Positions 42,383 to 55,780 of a DNA stretch of 59,567 bases are shown one piece after another. The position numbers were made by a program, and so were the translations under genes. The notes beneath the pieces are model-generated. The model was not told the origin of the DNA, made no database searches, and saw nothing but the letters and a program-made list of their open reading frames with translations. Positions within the stretch are counted from its first letter, which is position 1. The number at the start of each line of letters is the position of its first letter. Source of the stretch: Macrostomum lignano (taxonomy: Eukaryota); assembly GCA_002269645.1 (NCBI GenBank), contig NIVC01004119.1, forward strand, positions 1 through 59,567, given 5' to 3'.

Positions 42383-45257
42383 TCAGCGATTCTGCTTGCG
42401 AAACTTTGCACGTCGGTTTTTGAACCAAACCTGAAAGGAAGTAAATAGTGCTGATTCTATTGGTCTCTTTCAGTTGTGGTGTTGGTGTCTATCTGGTAAA
42501 TTGGGATTCTAATGGATATGGTGGCACCACAAACCATCAGGTTAGGCTTGGCGACACAAACCATCAGGGTTGGCGCCACAAACCATCAGGGTTGGCGCCA
42601 CAAACCATCAGGGTTGGCGACACAAACCATCAGGGTTGGCGACACAAACCATCAGGGTTGGCGACACAAACCATCAGGGTTGGCGACACAAACCATCAGG
42701 GTTGGCGACACAAACCATCAGTGTTGGCGCCACAAACCATCAGGGTTGGCGCCACAAACCATCAGGGTTGGCACCACAAACCAGGGTTGGCGCCACAAAC
42801 CATCAAGTTAGAGTTGGCGCCACAAACCATCGGGTTAGAGTTGGCGCCAAAAGCCATCAGGTTAGGGTTGGCGCCAAAAGCCATCAAGTCAGAGTTGGCG
42901 CCACAAACAATCAGGTTAGGATTGGCGCCACAAACCATCAGGTTAGGGTTGGCGCCACAAGCCATCAGGTTAGGGTTGGCGCCAAAAGCCATCAAGTCAG
43001 AGTTGGCGCCACAAACAATCAGGTTAGGATTGGCGCCACAAACCATCAGGTTAGGGTTGGCGCCACAAGCCATCAGATTGGTGCTAGGCAGTGATCAGGT
43101 TGGTGCTAGGCAGTGATCAGGTTGGTGCTAGGCAGTGATCAGGTTGGTGCTAGGCAGTGATCAGGTTGGTGCTAGGCAGTGATCAGGTTGGTGCTAGGCA
43201 GTGATCAGGTTGGTGCTAGGCAGTGATCAGGTTGGTGCTAGGCAGTGATCAGGTTGGTGCTAGGCAGTGATCAGGTTGGTGCTAGGCAGTGATCAGGTTG
43301 GTGCTAGGCAGTGATCAGGTTGGTGCTAGGCAGTGATCAGGTTGGTGCTAGGCAGTGATCAGGTTGGTGCTAGGCAGTGATCAGGTTGGTGCTAGGCAGT
43401 GATCAGGTTGGTGCTAGGCAGTGATCAGGTTGGTGCTAGGCAGTGATCAGGTTGGTGCTAGGCAGTGATCAGGTTGGTGCTTGGCAGAGGCGCCACAAGC
43501 CATCAGGTAGGTGCTTGGCAGAGGCGCCACAAGCCATCAGGTTGGTGCTTGGCAGAGGCGCCACAAGCCATCAGGTTGGTGCTTGGCAGTGATCAGGTTG
43601 GTGCTAGGCAGTGGCGCCACAAACCATCAGGTTGGTGCTTGGCAGAGGCGCCACAAGCCATCAGGTTGGTGCTAGGCAGTGGCGCCACAAGCCATCAGGT
43701 TGGTGCTAGGCAGTGGCGCCACAAGCCATCAGGTTGGTGCTAGGCAGTGGCGCCACAAGCCATCAGGTTGGTGCTAGGCAGTGGCGCCACAAGCCATCAG
43801 GTTGGTGCTAGGCAGTGGCGCCACAAGCCATCAGGTTGGTGCTAGGCAGTGGCGCCACAAGCCATCAGGTTGGTGCTAGGCAGTGGCGCCACAAGCCATC
43901 AGGTTGGTGCTAGGCAGTGGCGCCACAAGCCATCAGGTTGGTGCTAGGCAGAGGCGCCACAAGCCATCAGGTTGGTGCTTGGCAGTGATCAGGTTGGTGC
44001 TAGGCAGTGGCGCCACAAACCATCAGGTTGGTGCTTGGCAGAGGCGCCACAAGCCATCAGGTTGGTGCTTGGCAGAGGCGCCACAAGCCATCAGGTTGGT
44101 GCTAGGCAGTGGCGCCACAAACCATCAGGTTGGTGCTTGGCAGAGGCGCCACAAGCCATCAGGTTGGTGCTAGGCAGTGGCGCCACAAGCCATCAGGTTG
44201 GTGCTAGGCAGTGGCGCCACAAGCCATCAGGTTGGTGCTAGGCAGTGGCGCCACAAGTTATCAGGTTGGTGCTAGGCAGTGGCGCCACAAGCCATCAGGT
44301 TGGTGCTAGGCAGTGGCGCCACAAGCCATCAGGTTGGTGCTAGGCAGTGGCGCCACAAGCCATCAGGTTGGTGCTAGGCAGTGGCGCCACAAGCCATCAG
44401 GTTGGTGCTTGGCAGTGGCGCCACAAGCCATCAGGTTGGTGCTAGGCAGTGGCGCCACAAGCCATCAGGTTGGTGCTAGGCAGTGGCGCCACAAGCCATC
44501 AGGTTGGTGCTAGGCAGTAGCGCCACAAGCCAGAAGCAGGTCGCAATTACTGTAAACATGCACTCGCCTCAACCCGTTCCTCTCGCAGCTGAATCCTGGC
44601 CGCCAGCTGCTCCCTGATGGTCACATCCGGGTAGTGGGTCAGCGCGAACAGTCGCTCCAGCTCCTCCAATTGGCGCTCACTAAATATGGTTCGATTACGT
44701 CGTCTTCGCCCGAAGCTCCGACGGTTCTGCTCTTCCATGACCTGCCGCGGCTCCGCTACTGAAAAAGATGGAGGCTGCTGCGGAGGCTGCGTCGGCAAGA
44801 TGAAAGAGCAGCGACAATCGTGATAAGCGGCAAATGCGGGCGCAATAAGTTGTTGCTGCTGCAGAAGCTGAACAAAAGTATTGCCTGTTGAACAACGTAT
44901 GGTAAATTAGCAGGTGATGTAGCTAAATCCCAACAGGTGCCGGCTTTGACCCTACAAGATCTTAGTTTAACAGGACGCATACACACACTGGCGGTAAGTA
45001 AAAGTTTCCTGATCAACAGGTGGTATGACTAAATTTAACAAGAATTGTATACGTAGTTTGTAGGTTGTATACGTAGGCTCCAACAGATTATGAGCCGCAC
45101 ACAACTCACACAGGTGCGCGCTTGTTTGATTCCGTAGTAGAGCCCGATAATTGCTGACATCTGCAGCTCCGGCAGCTCCAAGTTTGCTCGACACCGGAGT
45201 GTGCAGTATGCTGTCAATGGTGAAACTCACTGTTGAGTTGCTTCCAGCTTGGCTCAT
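42383..45257 (-). CDS. gsc: Goosecoid, K50 paired-class homeobox protein (170 aa)
   Basis: Exons 45257-45110, 44884-44568 and 42430-42383 total 513 nt in frame. The protein has an N-terminal eh1 motif (FTIDSIL), a CxC motif, and the homeodomain [47 protein letters not shown]|[12 protein letters not shown] with Lys50 and the paired-class intron position. Confidence 0.9.
42525..44530. repeat. Compound minisatellite (22-, 27-, 22- and 34-bp units) filling gsc intron 2
   Basis: Periods measured at 42601/42623, 42841/42868, 43081/43103 and 43801/43835. Confidence 0.95.
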
Positions 45258-45892
45258 TCTAGATCGAGTGTGTCAGCCCCACGGTTGAAATCAGAGAGCG
45301 TCCCCGCACACGGGGTTTAAATAGACACAAGATCCTCTCTGGAGCGGCCTGCAATCCGATGAGCTTAGAAACCGATGGAGTGATGATGCGATGATGAAAG
45401 TTTACTTTTCGCCCCGGCATGTTCCACGCCCAGCCTCCTGGCGAAAGGAACCGCGCCAGATGGAGGCTCTTCGAGTGTGTGCGGAAAAATCTCAGAAGCA
45501 CAAATCCGATCCCTGAGACTCGAACGTTTTCAAGGTCTGCCGAAGACAAATACCATAAGACTCTTCTCAGCTTTGATTTTCATTAATTCCCCACCTCCAA
45601 AGCTGATTGCCACGGGAAGTCTCCCCGTACTGTCGGAATTCCCCGAATGGTGGCGAAAGAAGAGCCCCACACGAAATTAGCTGCTGAAATTCAACACTGC
45701 GGTGGCAGGAGACTCTGACCCAAGCTGCCCGCCGCAGGACGGGAGCCGCCAAGCAACAAGATTTTTAGAAATGTTTTTCGGGAATGGGGAATCAAGCCAG
45801 TTTGCTTTTTGCTCAGTAAAAGATATGCATAGACAGATAAAATTTGAAAATATAGGCACTTTCTCGAATCAGGGTTTCATACTCGTAGCTCA

Positions 45893-45945
45893 GAGCCTCA
45901 TAGCTCAGAGTCTCATAGCTCAGAATCCCATAGCTCAGAGTCTCA
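45893..45945. repeat. 15-bp tandem repeat (catagctcagagYct)
   Basis: Direct reading. Confidence 0.85.
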
Positions 45946-46071
45946 TGGTACGTAGGACCTCTTGAATCCACATACCTGGAGAACCGACAAAAACTACTGA
46001 AATATTTTTTCCAAGGACCACACTAGATCCAAGGATATAATACTAGTGATCCTTGTATTTATCTAAAAAAA

Positions 46072-47318
<1,247 letters not shown>

Positions 47319-49563
47319 TTTCTGTCTATTTTTCTGTTTTTTTCTTTTTTTATCTATTTTCTGGTATAATGATCTATCATTACCTTTCCAGCGGATTCGA
47401 TACACGAGGCTTCCAGGAGCAGTCGCGGCAAAGTCCGCATTCCTGGCAGCAGAGAAAAGGCAGAGCCGCGAGCCCGATGCGAAAGCAGTGGCAGAGCAGG
47501 CGCTGCGTCCGGCTGCAGCGCACTGAATGGCGCAGTGTGTATCGCTGCGGCCTGGTGCCGATGTCAGCACAGCCGTGGCGTCCAACGGCTCAGCGGGCTC
47601 GGTAGAAAACTCTACGACAATCGGTATTAAAGTCTATACAAGTTGACGAGTCGTTGTTACAAGTACCGTACTGCATCATAACATACCAGTCGTAACAATA
47701 ATGGTGTTTAGCTCTCACCTTGACTCTCTAAGGCTGATACAGTGGTAGCGCACGCTAGAAGCGACCAGAAGGCAACGATTTGGAGTTTTTTCATCCTGCG
47801 ATTGCAGTGCACGAGAAACAGTGTTGCTTCAATTGGAGTTTCCAAGTCAATTTGATAAGCAATGGGAAGCTGGGACCGGAGCAGCAAGTAGTTAAATAGT
47901 AATCTGACAGTCTTTTATTGCCTGATAAATACTGCGGTTGCTCAGGCAACCGGATTTTCTCCCCTCCAACCCACTGTTTCCCTCTCTCACTCACTCACTA
48001 TTTCTGCATTGGGATGGCTCTACCCTCAGTTTTCTACTTTAAGTAGCAAGTTGAGGTCGTGCCATTAACTAGTTTCTTGATCTGCATAACTTTCTTTCTG
48101 TTTTTATCAAGGATGTATCTGCAAAATATTGTTAGTTATCGGATAGGCTTTGCGCCCCAGTTTTTCAAAACGCAATATTTTTAGTTAGCACTGTTTCGAC
48201 TGCAAGATATGTAAAAGATTATGCAAAAGATGTAAATTACCGGAAAGCACAAGCCATCATAAATTTTCCACAGAAACCCAGCCTTGACTTTTCGATGTCG
48301 GTTATAAACTAGGGCTTTAAGTTAGCCAAATCGATAGTTTGCTGACAGACCTGCAAGCAGTACAGTCCGGCAAGTGTGTTTATAAATACGAACTGCAAGG
48401 GCGCAATGATAAAAGGACGGCAGGCATCCATCTCGCTGCTCAGCCAAACTACGCGCCTTACTCCGCAGCCCGCGAATTCATTCGCCCCCTCCCAGGGGAG
48501 CAGAGCCTCGGGCACTCACGCTGGTTCTTTCCCGCGCCATTTTTTTTTACGTTCGTCCATCTTTCCTTCCTGCGTTCTTTCGTTTCTATTTCCCATTTTC
48601 AGCGCTATCTCCCTCTCCACTAGGATCGCGTATTCCTAATTCCCTTTTTTCTTCTCCCGCACTCACTTTGCGTCCCGTGGAGGGCGGGGCAATATTGGCC
48701 GCATGTTCGGCACCACCTTGGCCAAAGGCTTCCGCCCGCTGCTCACACCCGGCGTGCCTGCTCGGGCCTCTCCGGCTGATTTATCTCACTATGGACCCAG
48801 TATATAGCCCCATAATTCCTCTCACCACATTCTCCCTTCCCGGTTGCCTCCCGCTCTTTCTAGGCACTTAGTCCCGGTACAATTAAGCCTTCTCTCCCGC
48901 TATCGGCTTATCTTCAACTCAACCTCCTCCTCTTAACTACCCTCGTTTTTTTTCTTCCGCAAAGCAGCGCGGCAAAGCAGCTGCACGGGCCTCTCCTTGG
49001 GCCCCGCATATTTCAGTTACCCGACGCACGTCAATAAGGCCGGGCACTTGCACGCAAAGAGCTCGCACAAGTGCATGGTAATCAGTTAGTAATCGGCACT
49101 TTGCTGCGCTCGTTTGTCTGTCTCCGAGTGTCTCTAATTAGGGCTGATTTCGAATCGCTTGTCGCAGGTTTATAGGTCTATTGCATTTATTCAGATTCAT
49201 TTGTTTTCCACTCACGCGTCGTGCAATTTTGCAGACTAAAAAGAAGCTTATACATTTGTCAACAAGGAAACTCAAGTCACGAAAACTAATAATCCACCTA
49301 TACTATATTGCGCTAAAGTGCTGGAAGTTACAATTTTTTGTCAAGGCATTACTTCCGAGCAATAGATGCAGTGCTGAGTTTAATATCTATTGGCGATTGA
49401 GCAGATGACTGGGGAGGGACAATCAATGTGTCACAGAATTCGCTTTTCTGTAATCCGCCATAGAATACGGTTCGTAACTTCTGAGGACTGATAGCGGGCT
49501 GAGCTACGAGCTATAATAAATAATCTCAACAGACGGCTTTGGTTTCCTATATAGTACGAGTAC

Positions 49564-50244
49564 TGTAATGACTTAGAAGTAAGTCTTGACGTTTAGTCCA
49601 AAGCTCTGCCTGGGAGGGGGGGGTTTCACAAACTCGAAATTTCACAACGTCGAAAGCACCCTCCTTCATAAGGTCGAAATTTCATAAGGTAGAAATTTCA
49701 CAACATCGAAAACTTTAGCAAGAGACTTCATAAGGTCGAAATTTCACAAGGTCGAAAACTCAAATAGCAGCCACTTTCACAAGTTTGAGTTTCAATGTTA
49801 TGAAATTTCAACCTTGGGAAATTTCGACCTTATGAGGTATTCTGCTAGAGTTTTCGATGTTGTGAAATTTCGACCTCGTAAAATTTCGACCTTATGAAGT
49901 CTCTTGCTAAAGTTTTCGATGTTGTGAAATTTCGACCTTGTGAAGTTTCGACCTTGTGAAAGCACCCCCCTGGGAGCGGATCCCGTGAGCAGGCAGGCAG
50001 TCAGTAAAAACGTGGAGAGACCGAGGGGGTCGTGTTTGCCGTTATATTTCTGGGCTCTGGGGCCCGAACCGTATAGGCGTGCTGTGGTACGAACACGTAC
50101 AGGGGATGCGTAGCATGAAGCAATGGAGAGCGTGCAGTAGGGGTGACACGGGTGAGTCAGTGAGGGGAACAATCGGTGCTGCTTAGTCAGTGGGAGAACG
50201 CATACTGGCCCTGCTGCGGAGGGTCCGCAGCCCAGGCCAGGACA
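49564..50244 (-). repeat. 3' LTR of the gypsy element (about 321 bp plus nested insertion)
   Basis: Starts TGTCCTGG right after the polypurine tract TGAGGGGGGAGA (50256-50245) and ends GTCATTACA next to the TSD. Confidence 0.8.
49617..49968. mobile_element. 352-bp foldback MITE nested in the 3' LTR
   Basis: Long imperfect inverted arms are built from ~15-bp subrepeats (ttcacaaggtcgaaa / tttcgaccttgtgaa). Termini are G-run / C-run, with an exact 8-bp flanking duplication CCTGGGAG (49609-49616, 49969-49976). Confidence 0.8.
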
Positions 50245-50256
50245 TCTCCCCCCTCA

Positions 50257-53200
50257 GGCTGGTGCTCAGCCGAGTCGAAGTCGGTCAGGAGGTACCCTGG
50301 CTCGCTCGGGTACCGCCGGGCCGGCGAGCCCGCCGCAGGCTTCACAATGCCATCGCCAGGCCCGGGGCCGGGCGCCAGGTTTCCGTCGGAAGGGCCGTCC
50401 TGGTGGGCCGCTGGCAGGTCGCCGGTCTCGGCAAACGTCCTGGTCGGTCTTGGCGACTGCTGGAGCGCTGCCTCCTGCTGCCGGTGACGGTTGCTGACGA
50501 GCGATGGCGTCAGCAGGTCCAGCCGAGATCGGAGTCGTAGAGCAGTAGAGCAGCTGGCTGGGAGCTGCGCCTGTGGCCGAATGCAGCGTGTTGCGATAGG
50601 CGAGTAGGAGCTGCTGCAGAGCTCTCTGACAGTCCCGATTTCTTTAGGTGCTGCTTCAGCACCTTGACGAACCGTTCGGCTTGCCCGTTGGTCGCAGGAT
50701 GAAACGGAGCTGAAGTCACATGCTCGATGCCGTTGAGACGCAGGAACTCGCTGAATTCGGATGACGTGAACTGAGCTCCGTCGTCAGACACCGGAGTCCG
50801 AGGTAGACCCTGGCGCGCGAAGATCTCGCGAAGGCAGTTGATGGTCGCGCCTGACGTCGTGCTGGTCAGCTGCTTTACCTCCGGCCACTTACTGTGCGCG
50901 TCGATAAGCACCAGGAAGGTGCGGCCGTCGACAGGGCCAGCGAAGTCGATGTGTAGCCGGGACCACGGCTCCGATGGGAAGGGCCACGGGTGCACAGGCG
51001 CCTTGGGCGGATCGGCCTGGTTGAGCCGGCAGGTTTCGCACGCCTTGACGGAGTCCTCCACGTCCTTGTCCAGGCCGGGCCACCACACGTAGCTGCGAGC
51101 GAGCGCCCGCATGCGGCTGGCTTCAGGGTGGGCCTGGTGCAGTTCGCTGAGGACCTTCGAGCGGAGGGCGGACGGAACGATGACTCTGGACCCCCAAAGC
51201 AGGCAGCCCTGCTCGATGTTCAGCTCGTGCTGTCGGCCAGAGAACGCTTTGAGGCCCCCTGCAGCTGGGATCCGGGCGCCCGACTGCAGACACAGCAGCA
51301 CTCTGCCGAGCTGCGCGTCCGTCCGCGTCCTCTGCGAAATCACCTTTGCCGTCAGGGCCGAACCGACATCTTCGTCGATGAGGAGGCAGTTCACAGCTGG
51401 CTCCTCGATGAACTGGGTGCCGAGCGGAAGGCGAGAGAGCGAGTCGCAGTTGCCGTGCCGCGCCGTTCGTCTGAACTCCAGGCTGTAGTCGTAGCTGGAG
51501 AGCCGGATGGCCCAGCGCTGCATGCGAGCTGCGGCGTGTGCCGGGATGGCCTTGCGCTCACCAAGCAGTCCAAGTAGGTGCTGGTGGTCCGTCACGATGA
51601 CAAAGTGCCTCCCGTACAGGAACTGGTGGAACCGGTGCAGGCCGAACATGATGGCGAGCGCCTCTTCGTCCAGCTGCGCATAGTTGCGCTGAGCGGGAGT
51701 CAGGCTGCGACTCGCGAAGGCAATCGCCTGCCTCTGGCCGCCGATCTTGTGCGACAGGACCACCCCCAGACCGAATCGCGAGGCGTCGCACTCCAGGTAC
51801 AGTGACAAGTCTGGGTTGTAGTGCACGAGAGCGCCCGAGGACAGCAGCAGTTGCTTGGACTGCTCGAATGCTCGCTGCTGCGCGTCACCCCAGAACCACT
51901 TGGTGTTCTTGGTCAGCAGCTGGTTCAGCAGCTGGCGCCACTACCGCAGACAGGTGCGGCATGAACTTCGAGTAGTGGGTCAGCATGCCGAGGAAGGCGC
52001 GCAGCTGGCTAACGTCTTTTGGTGCCGGCGCGTTCTGCACCGCTGCGACCTTGTCTGGCAGAGGCTTCAGGCCATGCGCGTCGATTTGATGACCGAGGTA
52101 ATCGACGGAGTGTTGACTGAGGTACTCGACGGAGTCTTGAAAGAACAGGCACTTGGACCTGTTCAGTCGAAGGCCGGCTTCCTGGAGACGCTGCAGCACG
52201 CTGGTCAGGTTCTGTCTGTGCTGCACCTGAGTCTTGCCCGTGATGAGAATGTCGTCCACGAACAGGTGGACGCCGTCGTGGTCACCCAACAGCGTCTCCA
52301 GTGTGCGCTGAAAGATGGCGCTGGCTGATTTGATGCGGAAGGGCAGTCTGTTGAGCTGAAACAGACCTCGCGGCGTGTTGATGACCAATACCAATTAGGC
52401 CCGGCTCTCCTCGGACAGCGGCAGCTGTAGAAATGCGTTGGACAAGTCGAGCTTTGTCCACTTGCAGCCTCCGCCGAGCTTGGCGAAGATGTCCTCGATC
52501 TCGCCGTTCGCCTTCACTACCGGGACAATGGGAGCCGCCCAGTCTGAGTGCTTGATGGGCGTGATGATGCCTTGGGTCTTAAGTCGTCTCAGCTCCTCGT
52601 TCACCCGCTCCCTCAGAGCGTACGGGACCGGCCTGGCCTTGAAAAACCGCGGTGTGGCTGCTGCGTTAGGTCAGTGGTGTCAGAGCTGGTGCTGACTGAG
52701 TTGACCTGAGCCATGATTGCGTGACAGTCCAGTTTTAGTCGAGCCATCCAGTCTCGTCCTAGGAGAGGGACACTGCCCTGGGAGACCACGAGCAGCGGGA
52801 GGATTGCCTTCTGGCCATTGTGACTGACAGCGACTCTGGCTTCACCTAGCGGCTTGAACTGCTCGTTGGTGTATGTGCGTAACACCATCGCCGTTGGCTG
52901 TAGACGCAGTCCTGGGAGCCGCTCATCCGCCATTTTCTTTGGGATCAGCGTGACGGCTGATCCAGTGTCCAGCTCGAACGGGCAGTCGCGACCGTCCACC
53001 TCCAAAGTGACCGTCAAGGATCGGGACGATCGAGATCCGACGTAGAGGATCGAGCCCTGGCTGTCACTGTCCTGGTCCGACGCAGCTGCAGCGGAGTCCA
53101 GTTGCTTGACCCTGGCTGACCTGCAAACATTCTGGATGTGGCCTGTCTTCTCGCAGGCGTGGCACTTGGCATCGCGGAATTTGCAGCTTTGTCGATCGTG

Positions 53201-53874
53201 ACGGCCACCGCAGCTGGCGCACGGCTGCTGCTGGTGTGGGTGCGGCGACGCTAAGCAGCGAGTCAGGAGCTGCGGCCTCTCGTGCTTACGCGTCTGTCCG
53301 CTGCCAACATCCTTGCTGATCGCTGCGGCGGTCTCCAGTGTTCTGGGCGCGATCTCGCTCGCGTAGCGCTGCGCTGCCTCCATCGATGACACCGTCGCGA
53401 CCATCAGGGCGTAAGTCAGCTTTGAGATTTCCAGCAGCTTTGAGCGGATGGCATCGTTCCTGAGACCGAAGACGGCCTGGTCTCGCAGTCTCTCCTCCAG
53501 CGCCGTGCCGAAGTTGCAGTGCAGAGTGGCTGCCTTCAGCCCTGCCAGGAAGGTGGCGAAGTCCTCTCCCGGCAATTGCATTCTCTGCTGGAACTTGAAG
53601 CATGCGGCGATCTCGGATGGCGCGGGAGCGTAATGGTCTTGCAGAATTTTCTTTAGGCCGTCGTATGACCTTTCTGAAACCTTGTCCGGCTGACATAGGT
53701 TGCGAAGCACCGTGTAGGCGGTTTCTCCTATGGCAGTGCAAAGTGTGGCCACTTTGGTGGGCTCCTCAGTGACTTTAGCGCATACGAAGTATTGTTCGAG
53801 TCTCTCAATGTAAACTTCGAAGTCGGAGTCCCTTGATAACTCCGGAATGCGGCTAAAGGCTGAGCTCGTCGCCA
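50257..53874 (-). pseudogene. Disrupted gag-pol of the gypsy element
   Basis: Internal deletions (between protease and PRFFKARPVP; inside RT between KANGEI and EDIFAKL), a TAA at 52395-52397, a 21-nt duplication (SVEYLSQH/SVDYLGH), and frameshifts after RT and in the integrase. Confidence 0.88.
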
Positions 53875-53987
53875 GGACAAGTACGTTCTGTTAAAGTGCT
53901 TCAAAATGAACTTTGTCACATAGCATCCTTGTCTACATTGTCTAGCAGCCTTGACTTTGTCACATTGGGGCTTGTGCACGAAAAGTT

Positions 53988-54092
53988 AGCCAACGGTTGT
54001 GAGATTCACAATCATGAGGGCATGCCTGACGATTGGAAAGTCAGTGCCGCTGTACACCCTGTGTGAGCGAGTGTATGAGTGCGTGCCTGCGG
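53988..54092 (+). mobile_element. SINE-like repeat copy 4 (partial, abuts a LINE tail)
   Basis: catgcctgacgat...gccgctgtacaccctgtgtgag matches copies 1 and 2. Confidence 0.5.
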
Positions 54093-54605
54093 TACAACAA
54101 CAACAACAACAAAGTACTTTACCTGCCAGCCATGCAGTGGCCAGAAAGGGGGAGAAGTCAGCGAGTGCGTCTCTGGGCCATAGCCCTCAGAAAGTCACAC
54201 CCCCAGCTTGGTCCGGGGCGCCAGCATCCGTCGAAAGCCTGTCAGGACATCTCGCCGTTCGCCCTTGGCCTCGCCTACGCGGTCCCTGCAGCTTGAGCAG
54301 CAGCACCTCGTGCAGCGGCTCAAGGCGGCGAGCCTCCGACCTGATTACGTGGCTAGCCAGTCGAAGTCGCCGCCGAGCAGCAGGTCAGAAGGCCGCTTCA
54401 GGCGTGCCCTCGTGTAGAGCGCGGCGTTGGTCTCGCTGCCTGGACCGTTGCGCACTCCTAACGCCGCACGCAGCATGGCCGCATACGCAGCGTCCAGCTG
54501 CCTCTCCAAAGCGTCCGTCAAGGTCCAGGTCTCGGCGTTGTACAACGAGACAGTCTCAACGACTGCTTGAAACAGCCCGACTGCGGTACAGTATTGGCGC
54601 ATTTT
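54093..54605 (-). mobile_element. RTE-like LINE 3' fragment
   Basis: Translates as LFQAVVETVSLYNAETWTLTDALERQLDAAYAAMLRAALGV, the same family type as the 14.4-kb fragment; (TTG)n tail at 54093-54110. Confidence 0.78.
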
Positions 54606-55310
54606 CATGTGCTTAGGAGTCAGCGGAATGGGCAGAGTTGCCGTCAGCGCTAGTTGTGGAACGATGTCATGCAATATCAATTTCAACCCCATAGTGGGGT
54701 CTCGTCTCCCGGAATCGGTATACGGTATTATTCTTGACATTCGACTGACCGCATGTGTGCAAAATATCTAGCCTAATTACTACTTCAAATGTCGTTACCA
54801 CATGCAGTGCAGTTTGCAAATGTGATTTATGTTAATAGTATGTTTTAAAACCGTCGCACGAAAGCAGCCATGAGCAAGTTGGTTTAACCATGCGTGACTA
54901 CGTGACTCGTATTGCATGGCTGGCTATTTCTGTTCTGCTGAGCTAGACAAAATTACATTGTCTAAGCATGGAATAACTCAAGATATATTTAATATAAAAA
55001 ATAAAAACTTCTTAGCCAGCAGAGATAGGCAGGATTATAATTTTCTACAAATCCTCAGGTTTAATCACTTTCAATGATAGCTGAGATGGTATTTGATAGC
55101 AGTAATGCTGGTGCCTATTGTCTAAATATACCACTTATTTACATCGTGCACAAGGAAAGGCACTCCGAGTGGAAGTAAAGAACGATGGATAAAATCACAA
55201 GTCGGCGTGACAGAGCCCAGATTTTAGCGAATAGAATTAAGAATGCGATTATATCCTGTTGCCGATTCAGTATGCGAGGGACCGCGGGATCAGCTCGTGC
55301 TTCAACTGGG

Positions 55311-55749
55311 CTATGCAACCGTTGGTCCGTCGTCAAAGACGCTGCCGAACTCGCCGCCGACGCCACCGGCAGCGCCGCCGCGCCAACTGGACGTCTGGCC
55401 GGGTCGGCAGCAGCAGCAGCAGCATCTGCACCAGCTGAGACACCAGTGACAGCACCTGGCAACTATTGAAAACTCTGCGCGTCGTTTTGCTAGAGCACAG
55501 AATGCGGCCCCCACTAGCATTATGGCGCAGCTGCCGGTGAGACTAGCAAAGCCGCTAGCCATCAGGCTGCTCGCGCTAGTACCGTCTGGTCCGAGGCCGG
55601 TGCGCACAGACAGAAGAAGCGAGGCCAGAATGAAGACGCTTAGGCCAAGCACGAATAACAGGACCGAGCCCAGCTGCCAGAGTCGCTGCTGGCATGGCAC
55701 CACGACCTGATTGGTGCCCTGGCTCTGACTCTGGCGCTGCTGCTGAGTC

Positions 55750-55780
<31 letters not shown>

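Larger units (their letters stand above)
49564..53879 (-). mobile_element. Decayed Ty3/gypsy LTR retrotransposon (Mag-like)
   Basis: Domain order gag (YIERLEQYF; CCHC CASCGGRHDRQSC / CHACEKTGHIQNVC), protease (ELDTGSA), RT (WAAPIV, KLDLSNAF, FVDDILI), RNase H (CDASRFGLG), integrase (HHCC; HIDFAGP, SDDG, NGQAER). Termini are TGT...ACA, flanked by an AGTAC direct repeat at 49559-49563 and 53880-53884. Confidence 0.93.

Noticed and set aside
47380-47610. GC-rich coding-like island after the (TATC)n tract
   Set aside because: No recognisable domain or consistent splice signals in any frame; possibly a decayed retroelement.
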